Shown here in pieces: positions 52,469-64,000 of a stretch of 64,000 bases of DNA (position 1 is its first letter; each line of letters starts with the position of its first letter). The DNA is taken from assembly GCA_951406725.2 (NCBI GenBank), contig OX597817.1:49414001-49478000 (forward strand), given 5' to 3'. The translations under genes and the position numbers were made by a program. Below the pieces are notes generated by a model. It did no database searches. It saw nothing but the letters and a program-made list of their open reading frames with translations, and was not told the origin of the DNA. This stretch comes from Octopus vulgaris. Taxonomy: Eukaryota.

Positions 52469-54372
52469 GTATAACGGGATTCCACACAGTTTCTGTCCAC
52501 CAGATTCTCTCACAAGACACTAATCGGCTCCGAGCTATAGTAGAAGACATTCACCCAAGGTGTCACACAGTGAAATTATCTGTATCCGTTAACCATATCC
52601 TGAATTAAAAGATTTTAGGGATATTAAAGTGTGGAAAATATGAAGTATACGGCGACCGAGATTACTGCTGGATGGAAACGTAATTTAAACGAGATAAAAC
52701 GAGATAATTACGAATAAAATTCATAAAAGTGATGCGGGGCGGGAATGAATAGATTACAGAGTTGTACGGATTAGACTTTAATTACAAAGACCAGAAACAT
52801 TTCAGTAATTCTTTTTAAAATCCATGTTAAACGGTGGTAAAGGTTTTTTCCTTTTAATGGCTGGTTCTCGTACTTAAGAGGGAAATAAAGAGGCGTTTGA
52901 AGTCTGCTTTGTTTGTGTTGTGCCTTAAGCCTTAGGAATCATAGAGTCGGTTATCTGGTTTCTATAAGTGACCGAGAACGACAACATTCCCACTGAATAT
53001 GACGTCAGTCCATCGCGGAGTTAATCATTTACAGTTGGGTGGACTTAAGCAACATGAAATGAAGTGTTTAGCTCTTTCCCGGCCCGGGAAGCGAAACTAC
53101 GACCTTGTGATTCGTGAGTACAACACCCTAACCGCTAGGCCACGTGCTTTCACTGAAGCCTGATTCCAGAAGTGAAAAACGGAAGAGCAATTGATTGGCT
53201 GAGAGACCGCAACAGAAACCTGGAGTCGAGCAAGATAAATATTCTTTTTTACTCTAGGCACAAGGCCCAAAATTTTGGGGGAGGGGGGGCAGTCGATTAG
53301 ATCAACCCCAGTATGCAACTGGTACTTAATTCATCTTTCAGTTTCCGCCTACAAAATCCACTTACAAGGGTTTGGTCGGCACGAGACTATAGTAGAAGGC
53401 AATTGCCTGAGGTACCACGCTGTGGGACTGAACCCTAAACCATGTAGTTGGGAAGCAAGCTTTTTACGACGCATTCTATCTTCTAACTTTTGTAGAAAAG
53501 TTATTCGTATTGTAAGACATTTTCGTGTCAGAATTATTATTTTTTTTGTGCGTATTTTCAAAACAGGACATTTGCATCGTTAGACCCAATAACTTAAAAG
53601 AACAACCCCACCCTAGCCCTCTTCTTCCGCTTCTACTTAATTAACTAACAAGATTACATTACTTACAGTGAATTATTACGTCCCTAAATTAAGTTCAAAA
53701 TTATGTTAATGTGGCACAAAGTGAGAAGTTTCTGGTTATGATTCCTTATATTCAGACATTAAACAGACCACAGCAAAGCTTACCAAACGACACAGAAAAT
53801 ATGGAAATATTACAGATTACAGAACTGAGAAAAAAAGAGGTTTTATGGCTCATTCATTCTCACTTTTAAAGGAGAAAATGTTCGCCTTTTATCTGAAGGG
53901 TCTGCAGTCTACATGTTATGTTTAATATCTGTATGAAGAAGGAATTATCCTGTCCAACATCATGTTGAGTGTATATGATCATAATAAATGAATATGTATA
54001 CAATCATTATGAACGTCAAGGTGATGAGAGGTCAAATATATGATATCGCATATTAAGCAGACCGGTTTCAGCTCTATATTTTTTTACTCATTTATCTTTT
54101 ATTTTATATCTTTAGCTTGTTTTAGTCATCTGACTATCGCCATACTGAGGCACAGCTTTGAAGGATTTCCAATTGAATGAATTAACCCTAGTACTTTTTT
54201 GTAAAGCCTGGTATTTATTGTATCGATCACTTTCGCAGAAACGCTAAGTTATGTGGATATAAATGTACCTACTCCGTCAAGCGGTAGTGGTGGTGGTTGT
54301 GGTGGGGACAAACACAAACACAGATACACATACACACACAAACATACACACATACACCATGCATACATACAT

Positions 54373-54407
<35 letters not shown>

Positions 54408-54531
54408 ATATATATATATAACGTCAAACTATGTTCCGTGACCTCTTGATTGGTATTGTTATTTTTAATGTTCGTTTAATTTGATTTGACATTATATACA
54501 TATATATATACACACATATATATATATATAT

Positions 54532-54585
<54 letters not shown>

Positions 54586-55020
54586 ATATTTAAATAATTT
54601 GGGAAAACGAATTTCCAAATCAATCAGGTACAACCCTTTAGCATTATATGCATCTGCATATCGTTCAGTGGGGTCTTGATTATAATATATTTATATATTT
54701 ATCTAGAAATATACAAAATATATAAAAGAAATCAATAATAATTCAGTTTTGGGGTTCAATAAATATGTGGATATTCTATTTCAGATAATACAAAAAAAAA
54801 TCCTAACGAGTATTTCTGAAGGTAAACTCGTAGTATCTATTTGTACATCATGAAATAATACTGTAAAGGATATAACCAGTATACCAGCAGGGTATCAAAT
54901 ATATCCTTAATTATCTCCTAGTTAAGTTAAAATTAAAATAATCAATTATGCAGGAACTACACGTGTTTCAGTATTGTAAGATTATAATACATACAAACAC
55001 ACATACATACATACATACAT

Positions 55021-55059
<39 letters not shown>

Positions 55060-55176
55060 CATACATACATACACACACACATACATACAAAATTACATAC
55101 ATACATACATACATACACACAAAATTACATACATACATACATACACACACACATACAAAATTACATACATACATAC

Positions 55177-55207
<31 letters not shown>

Positions 55208-55438
55208 CATACATACATACATACATACATACATTTGGAAGGACTCAAATTAAACTCTGTTGGACTTTTGGATTTTACTCATAGGATGTTGGAATATTGC
55301 ATATATACCATTATGCCTATAAAACGGATTTACAAATTCAATACCCATACATATCTCACATCTATTTTTTTTCCTCCACCTCACTCTCTATTTGTATCAC
55401 ATCGAAACTAACTATGACTTAATTTGTCCTCTCACACC

Positions 55439-55490
55439 GTCTCCGATGAAGGGACATTATTAATTAATATCTTAGAAACAGCTGTAAGAC
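55439..55490 (+). ncRNA. Hammerhead motif (family H4)
   Basis: GTCT-CCGATGA-stem II-GAAAC-AGCT-GTA-AGAC; element ends at (TA)n ~55560. Confidence 0.6.
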
Positions 55491-55740
55491 CTTCTATCTA
55501 TAAATGCTCTAATATCTATACAGCCTTGATTTTTTATCTTATTACGCAAAAAATTCTTATATATATATATATGCAGTCATCAGATTTACAACTCTACCAA
55601 CACATCTTCAGGTTCTTTTTAAAAATATTGTTAATCTAATTTTACATCACTTTAAAATTAAGCGTTAAATTAAACATTAAATTAAGCATTAAAAAATATA
55701 AATTATAAATTATACATTATAAATATAAATTAGTATAATT

Positions 55741-56148
55741 AGGCGCAGGAGTGGCTGTGTGGTAAGTAGCTTGCTAACCAACCACATGGTTCCGGGTTCA
55801 GTCCCACTGTGTGGCATCTTGGGCAAGTGTCTTCTGCTATAGCCCCTGGCCGACCAATGCCTTGTGAGTGGATTTGGTAGACGGAAACTGAAAGAAGCCT
55901 GTCGTATATATGTATATATATATATATGTGTATGTTTGTGTGTCTGTGTTTGTCCCCCCTAGCATTGCTTGACAACCGATGCTGGTATGTTTATGTCCCC
56001 GTTACTTAGCGGTTCGGCAAAAAGAGACCGATAAAATAAGTACTGGGCTTACAAAAGAATAAGTCCTGGGGTCGAGTTGCTCGATTAAAGGCGGTGCTCC
56101 AGCATGGCCGCAATCAAATGACTGAAACAACTAAAAGAGTAAAGAGTA
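55741..56148 (+). mobile_element. SINE family B, full length
   Basis: Matches family B; shares the GCATCTTGGG and CCAATGCC variants with 60319-60720. Confidence 0.9.
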
Positions 56149-56233
56149 TATATATCTCGAAATTTGTATTATCTGAAATAGAATACCAGCATATCTATTA
56201 ATCCCCCAACTGAATTATTATTAATTTCGATTA

Positions 56234-57481
56234 TCGGGTTGTCCGGAAAGTTCGTGCCGATTTTTAAAGGAAAGAAAAAGGTCAATAAATACTTGCCATT
56301 ACATTTTTAATCAACCAAATATGAACCATTTTGTTGCAAAATGCGTCTCCATCTTTCCTTTAACTTGAAAATACCCTCTTCCCAGAATTCAGGTGGTTTC
56401 ATGGTATCTTTTTACGTCATCCAAGGAATTGAAATTTTTACCATTAATACTATTCTACAGATACCTGAATAAGTGGAAATCCGAAGGAGCAATATCTGGT
56501 GAATATGGAGGGTGGGGTAACACATCCCAGCCGAGCTGCAGCAATTTTTGTCTGGTTCTTGCATTATCATGTTGGAAAACAACACCCTCCCTGTTCGCCA
56601 ATTCTGGACGTTTCTCTTGAATTGCTGCTTTTAACTCGTCCAGTTGTGTGCAGTCTTTCTCAGAATTAATTGTCTGGTTTCTTGGGAGAAGCTCATAGTA
56701 CAGAATTCTTTTCCAATCCCACCAGACACAAGGCAAGACTTTTTTAGGGTGAAGACCCGCTTTTGGGGTGGCTAAGGGTGGCTCATGTCGCTTACTCCAG
56801 GATCGCTTTCTCTGAACATTTCGGTAGATAATCCATTTCTCATCACCTGTCACAATTTGCTTTAAAAAATGTGCGTTTTCATTCCGTTTATAAAGCGAAT
56901 CCCAGATGGAAATACGATCCAAAAGGTTCTTCTCACTCAACTCATGTGGTACCCAAACATCATAGCCATTTGTGTATCCAAGCTTTACCAGGTGCTCATG
57001 GACGACGGATTTTGATAGGTTGAGGCTTTCTGCCAATTTTCTGGTTGTGCAATGTGGGTTATTCTCAATTAATGACTTGATTTGGTCGTCATCTGTAATG
57101 GATGGTCTGCCTGATCGCTCTTTTTCAATAAGGCTACAATCTCCAGCTCGGAACCTTGCGAACCACTTCTGTACAGTTCTTTCGGATAAAGAAACATCAC
57201 CATAAACTGCGCATATTTCTTTGGTTGCTTGTGAGGCATTTTTCCCTTTACGGAAAAAGAAAAGCATCAAGTGCCGAAAATGAACTTTCTTATCTTCCAT
57301 TTTAAAGGGTTACAGAATTAACATAGGATATAGGAACATAAACCTTCTTCCACGAAAAGATAACTTAAACTGTGCTCTAAAGGAGGTGTAGTCAAATCCT
57401 ATTTTATGGACTCAACCATGTTCTAAAATAAGTCGAAAGGTAAGCTACTATAAATCGGCACGAACTTTCCGGACAACCCAA
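56234..57481 (-). mobile_element. Full-length mariner transposon, 1248 bp
   Basis: 30-bp TIRs TCGGGTTGTCCGGAAAGTTCGTGCCGATTT (one mismatch between ends), TA on both sides. Confidence 0.95.
56307..57300 (-). pseudogene. Mariner transposase, inactivated
   Basis: WVPHEL, VTGDEKW, HDNAR and YSPDIAPSD motifs; premature stop at 56455; D28D spacing instead of D34D; C-terminus EEGIFKLKERWRRILQQNGSYLVD* in another frame. Confidence 0.92.
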
Positions 57482-57672
57482 TATATATTTTGTATATTTC
57501 CAGATAAATATATAAATATTTTATTATCAAGGCCCGACTGAACGATATGCAGGTGCATGTAATACTAAAGGGTTGTACCTGACTGATTTGGAAATTCATT
57601 TTCCCAAATTATTTAAATTAATAAATCATACAATTGGTTCTGCCACTAGTACTTTACACATACATACATACA

Positions 57673-57705
<33 letters not shown>

Positions 57706-57720
57706 GTGTGTGTACGCGTG

Positions 57721-57770
<50 letters not shown>

Positions 57771-57915
57771 TGTGTGTATGTGTGTGTGTATATATATAAT
57801 TAGAGGATGCGTAAACCTCATGAAGGGATGGCTTCAACCAAGGAAATATTGGTTCAGTACCTTGTATTTTGGGGAAATGGATTTCCTTAAAGTAACAGAT
57901 ATATATGGAAACATT

Positions 57916-58351
57916 TAGTTTATATTCATTTAAAAGAAAAAAGAAAATGGGCATTAAGAAGTTAATCATTATTTAGAAATATATTAACAGCAAATTGGTC
58001 ATCTTCACTTACAGCTGTTTCAATTAATACTGAATAAACTTTATATTTACATTTATGTGACATGAACATAATATCATCAGAGGAAAAAGATATACATTTG
58101 GATGTTATATGTGTACTTATGAATTCATTTTAGCAGACTCACGCACACATAATTTATAAGCACACATATAACATCCAAATGTACATCTTTTTTCCTCTGA
58201 TGATATTGTGCTCATGTCACATTAATATAAATTTACTGTTTATTGAGTATTAATTGAAACGGCTGTAAGTGAAGATGACCAATTTGTTGCTAATGATAAA
58301 CAATTATTAACTTCCTTATCTCCATTTTGTTTTCTTCTTTTAATGAATACA

Positions 58352-58356
<5 letters not shown>
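57916..58356. repeat. Foldback element with ~205-bp arms, each with a hammerhead-like motif (family H6)
   Basis: 57916-58125 is complementary to 58151-58356; CTGATGA...GAAAC(A/G)GCTGTA in both arms. Confidence 0.85.
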
Positions 58357-58397
<41 letters not shown>

Positions 58398-58927
58398 TAT
58401 ATACACACACGTATAATAAGGGATGACCAGTAAGTGGACATCCAATATGCTAGAAGAAGATCATCTACAATCTAATCACAGAGAAAAGAATGTTCTCTAG
58501 AGAAATTCAGCAAACACCAGAACATAAGCGGGTATGACAGATGAAAATATATAAAATACAGAATTAATCGTCATTAACGATTTTACTTACGTAATCATCG
58601 TCCGTGGACTCTTCAGTACGATCGTTCCAATTCAGTATAATTTATAGAACTATACACGAGTTCTACCGATTACATTGGGGTTATTTTCAAATGTCTAAGT
58701 TCTGGCGCGCCAAATCCCGGAAACAGTTCCGCAGTAGATAATTTACTGCAGTTAATGTTGCCGGTTAGAGAACATAATTATTTAAAATTTAAATAATGAG
58801 GGTGATAAATTGAATATTACAATTTTTCTGAATTTTCAGATTTTTCTATATGCTAGGCTATTGGTTTTAAATTGATGTTAATTAAATTAATATTCAAGAC
58901 AGAATTGAAAGAATAGTGAAAGTTGGT

Positions 58928-59820
58928 TTAGAAGAAAGCACCCACCGCGTTTATAACACTATCGAGACCAGGAGAGGCATAGTTACGTTTATTTTTAAGG
59001 TGACTTTGTAGCATTGCTTGTGTAAATTTCATAGTAGTTATAAAGTCCGGTATCAGAGGTGATGGAGATGGAACATTTTGATCTTCGACAGTAAATATGC
59101 CTGCATAGCATCCAGCAATGATTTTTGCACACTCTTTGGGATTGTCAGTAATCTGGCCTGTGTGGGGATTGCGAAGGGGACCAACTGGAGAGTGAGATCT
59201 CTGTTTTGAATGTACATACTTCCAGAACACTTTGCTGTCAGAGTTGGTTGCTATGCGCTGTTCGAATTCAAGCACTGTCTTTTTTGTCATCTGCTTGAGA
59301 TGGTTGGATGATCTATTGCGCTTTTTCCTGTTGATCTCTGATTTGTGCATTTTGTATTCCTGTTCAGCATTACGGCGTTCTTTCCTGGCACGTCGGACTG
59401 CAGTCTCCTAAATTGCACTATTGGGTGGTTTTTTGTGCTTGCGTGGTACTGATGCTGCACATGCCGTCCATATTGAATTCAGAATGTTCTGTGGCATAGT
59501 GTTCACATCTCCAGAGGCATAAAAGTCGAGCCAATTTGGGCGTCGCAGCTCGGTACAATAAGAGTTCCAGTCTGCTTTATTCCAGTCGAAGCGGGCAGTT
59601 TGAAGATGGTTGTGGTTTTTGTTACAACCAATCAGAGAAAAGTCGGCCATAATCATGGAATGATCTGAGTCACCTAAAGGTTCTTCAGTAGTGACACTAA
59701 TAATTGTTTCAGGAGAAGCGGTAAATAGTAGATCAAAAGTGTTGTTACCCCTTGTGGGGGAGGTAACGACTTGGGACCAATTTGAATTCAGCACCAGTTC
59801 GAGGAAATCGTCTGCACTTT
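58928..59820 (-). pseudogene. Non-LTR retrotransposon ORF2 fragment (CR1/L2 group; endonuclease end and linker before RT)
   Basis: QVVTSPTRGNNTFDLLFT, PLGDSDHSMI, WNKADW, SKVFWKYV and SPGLDSV motifs; one in-frame stop at 59408. Confidence 0.85.
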
Positions 59821-60108
59821 GCGGCCTCCCAGTCAATATCTACGTATGTACGTACGCACGTACCTGTGTGTATGTATGATTCTGTGTGTATTTATGTATG
59901 TATGTATGTACGTATGTATGTATGTAGTTTTTTTTATTGCAGCTAAAATTCTCAGTTTCAGTTCCAATAAAAGCCAAATCCTCTACAACGTGCATTGAGC
60001 ACTCTTTTCTCGTATGACGTCATGAAGCAACATATAGACATACATACACACATTCACACACGCACACGCACGCACACACATATATACACACATACACACA
60101 CACATACT

Positions 60109-60729
60109 CCAGAGAATGCTGAAAAGTTCTTGGCTTTAAGGGTTTCTCGAAAGGCCTAGTCGGAGGCCCAACCTTCTGAGTTCTTTTAGAGGTCTTAGAA
60201 AAAATGAAGGACCGCTGCCAATAAGTGTGTAAATCTGAGAGAGGAATATGTAGAATAAAATCACAATTAACTGATCCTCCTGTATTTTCTTTAACCCAAA
60301 GCCAGGAACTTTTCAACACAGGAGTGGCTGTGTGGTAAGTAGCTTGCTAACCAACCACATGGTTCCGGGTTCAGTCCCACTGCGTGGCATCTTGGGCAAG
60401 TGTCTTCTGCTATAGCCCCGGGCCGACCAATGCCTTGTGAGTGGATTTGGTAGACGGAAACTGAAAGAAGCCCGTCGTATATATGTATATATATGTATAT
60501 GTATGTGTTTGTGTGTCTGTGTTTGTCCCCCTAGCATTGCTTAATAACCGATGCTAGTGTATTTACGTCCCCGTCACTTAGCGGTTCGGCAAAAGAGACC
60601 GATAGAATAAGTACTAGTCTTACAAAGAATAAGTCCCGAGGTCGATTTGCTCGACTAAAGGCGGTGCTCCAGCATGGCCGCAGTCAAATGACTGAAACAA
60701 GTAAAAGAGTAAAAAGAGTAACCCCCTCG
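60109..60729 (+). mobile_element. Mariner-derived MITE with right TIR split by SINE B
   Basis: Left GCTGAAAAGTTCTTGGCTTT; right AAAGCCAGGAACTTTTCAAC, then SINE, then CCCCCTCG; retains KCVNLREEYVE*. Confidence 0.7.
60319..60720 (+). mobile_element. SINE family B, full length
   Basis: Matches family B. Confidence 0.9.
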
Positions 60730-60804
60730 TGTATACATACCTACACGCATACAAACATACGTAAGTTATGTATACACACATATACATATATTTATATATA
60801 TACG

Positions 60805-60965
60805 GTGTGCTTCTTTCAGTTTCTGTCAACCAAATCCACTCTCAAGGCTTTGGTCGGCCCGAGGCTATAGTAGAAGACACTTGCCCAAGGTGCCACGCAG
60901 AAGCACTGAACCTGGAGCCACATGGATGGGGGGAGCAGGCATTTTACCACACAACCACGCCTGCA
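60805..60965 (-). mobile_element. SINE family B head
   Basis: Reverse complement of the B head. Confidence 0.8.
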
Positions 60966-61029
60966 CCAATATATGTGTGTGTGTGTGTGCGTGCGTGCGT
61001 GTGTGTGCGTGCGTGCGTGTGTGTGTGTA

Positions 61030-61129
<100 letters not shown>

Positions 61130-61369
61130 TTACACCTATTTTATAAGCATTCAAGTTTGCTAAATATCCATGTCGAATCAAAATACAAGGGAAATAACTC
61201 TGAATGACACATAAAAAAATATCAATTGTTAATATTTCTGTATTGTAAATGTAATCATTTATTTTAATAATATTTCGTAATAATAATAAAAATAATTATG
61301 AATAGAGTTGTTGATATATCACTTTAATATAAAATATTACCTGTACAACAAAAGAAAAATATGTTTTTT

Positions 61370-62158
61370 AAGGTGGCGAGTAGGCAGAATTGTTAGTACG
61401 TTGGACGAAATGCTTAGCGGCATTACGCCCGTCGCTACGTTCTGAGTTCAAATTCCGCCGAGGTTGACTTTACCCTTCATCCTTTTGGAGTCGATAGATC
61501 AAGTACCAGTTGAGTACTGGGGTTGATGTGATTGACTGTCGCCATGCCCCAAAATTGCAAGCCTTGTGCCTATAATAGAAGGGATTATTATCATTATTAT
61601 TAGAAAGGCGGCGATCCGGTAGACTCGTTAGCGCACTGGACGAAATTCTAAGTGATATTTCGCCCGTAGCTACGTTCGGAGATCAAATTCGACCGAGGTC
61701 AGCCTTGCCTTTCATCCTTTCGGGAACGATAAATTAATACCTATTTCTTTACTACCCACAAGGGGCTAAACACAGAGAGGACAAACAAGGGAAGACAAAC
61801 GGATTAAGTCAATTATATCGACCTTAGTGCGTAACTGGTACTTATTTAAGCGACCCCGAAATGATGAAAAGCAAAGTCGACCTCGGCGGAATTTGAACTC
61901 AGAACTCATAGGCAGACGAAATACCTATTTCTTTACTACCCACATGAGGCTAAACAGAGAGGGGGTAAACAAGGACAGACAAACGGATTAAGTCGATTAT
62001 ATTGATCCCTGTGCGTAACTGGTATCTAATTTATCGACCCCGAAAGAAGGAAAGGCAAAGTCGACTTAGGCGGAATTTGAACTCAGAACGTAACGGCAGA
62101 CGAAATACGACTACGCATTTTGTCCGGCGTACTAACGTTTCAGCCAGCTCGCCGCCTT
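61370..62158. mobile_element. SINE family A cluster (two plus-strand copies, then a minus-strand dimer)
   Basis: Cores at ~61440 and ~61675 on plus; dimer at 61740-62158 on minus. Confidence 0.8.
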
Positions 62159-62180
62159 GGAATATTATTATTATTATTAT

Positions 62181-62232
<52 letters not shown>

Positions 62233-62744
62233 GCAAGGCGGTGGGCTGGCAGAATATGTTACCGCGCCTGGAGAAATTCTTAGGGATATTTTGTTCGTCT
62301 TAACGTCCTGAGTTCAAATCCCTACTAGTTTGATTTGTGTCAAAATTCGAAACCGTTATTCTCATGCTAAATAATCCATTTTACTTTGTGCCAATTCATG
62401 GGACGAGTCAGGTCCAATTACATCGACTCCAGTCCCCTAAGGGCGCAAATTTTATCGACCCCGAAAAGATGAATGGGAAAGACGACCTTGGTGGAATTCG
62501 GACAAAGAAAATATTATTTCCTGAAATAATATTAAATTATTGTGTCTGGGAGGGTCATTCTCTTTTAGTGCCTTATTACTTACCACACGCACCGGTTCGA
62601 TTTCCACTCGGTTACTTATTTATTTTCTCTAAAGTTTTCGTTGCGTCTTGCAACCTCTTCAATGGTCGTTCACTCTGTCCGTTATCAGAGATGCATTATT
62701 TTTGTGTTTGTTTCTTTGTATCTGCAGATGTGTATAAGTCAGTG

Positions 62745-64000
62745 TGCATGTGTATGCATGTATGTATGTATGTATGAATGTATGTATGTATGTATGTATG
62801 TATGTATGTTTGTAGGTATGTATGTATGTATGTATGTATGTTTGTATGTATGTTTGTATGTATGTATGTTGGGATGTATGTATGTGTGTATGTGTGTATG
62901 TATGTATGTATGTTTGTATGTATGTATGTATGTATGTATGTATGTATGTATTTATTTATTGCCCATAGGGGGCTAAACATAGAGGGGACAAGCAAGGACA
63001 GACAGAGGAATAAGTTGATTATATCGACCCCAATGCGTAACTGGTATTTATTTAATCGACTCCGAAATTATCAAAGGCAAAGTCGACCTCGGCGGAATTT
63101 GAACTCAGAACGTAGCGGCAGACGAAATACCGCTAAGCAGTATTGTATATTGTTTATGAGCTCCACGCGGTGCCAGCAGATACATACATACATACATACA
63201 TACATACATACATACATACATACATACATACATACATACATACAAAGACACATACACACATACATACGTACATACAAACACAAGTACATACATATATACA
63301 CACACATACATACACACATACATACACGCATACATACTTACACACACATACACGCATACATACATACACACACATACATACATACATACATACATACATA
63401 CACGCATACATACATACATACATAAATACATACATACACACATACATACACACATGCACACATACATACACACATACATAAACACATACAAACATACATA
63501 CATACACACAGGCACACATGCATACATACATACATACATACATACATACATACATGCACACATACTTACATGCATACATACATAAACACATACATACATA
63601 CGTACATACACACAAATACGTACATATATACACACACATACATACATACACACATACATACACACATACATACTTACACACACATACACACATACATACA
63701 TACATACATACATACATACATACATACATACATACATACATACATACACACAAAGACATACATACACACAATACATACACACATACATACACGCATACAT
63801 ACTTACACATACACATATACATACATACACACACACATACATACATATATACATACATACACACATACATACATACATGCACACATGCATACATACATAC
63901 ATACATGCACACATACACACACACATACATACATACACGCACACATACATACATACACACACATACACACACATACATACATACATATATATAAATACAT
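62745..64000. repeat. (TATG)n and degenerate (TACA)n arrays around a minus-strand SINE A (62955-63140)
   Basis: Direct reading; explains the long MYVC and HTYI pseudo-ORFs. Confidence 0.9.

Noticed and set aside
62778-64000. Long Cys/Tyr/His-rich ORFs
   Set aside because: Translations of (TACA)n and (TATG)n

Overview
AT-rich, repeat-saturated eukaryotic non-coding DNA (intergenic or a large intron), most likely from an octopus or related coleoid; this is inferred from the repeat families, not verified. No intact host gene is supported, and nearly all ORF-track entries are translations of microsatellites or SINEs. The window holds many copies of four tRNA-derived SINE families (called A-D here), a full-length but inactivated mariner, a Chapaev3-like transposase relic, a CR1-group LINE fragment, a non-autonomous Helitron, several MITEs and long simple repeats. 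The most notable signal is about 13 hammerhead-ribozyme-like motifs in roughly seven unrelated short elements sitting in or beside (TA)n/(AAT)n tracts, several arranged as inverted dimers as in Penelope-like insertions. One of them (47764-48241) joins a tRNA-type pol III head to a hammerhead-bearing body inside a 10-bp target duplication, a candidate Penelope-mobilised ribozyme SINE. Repeat boundaries were read by eye and are approximate.
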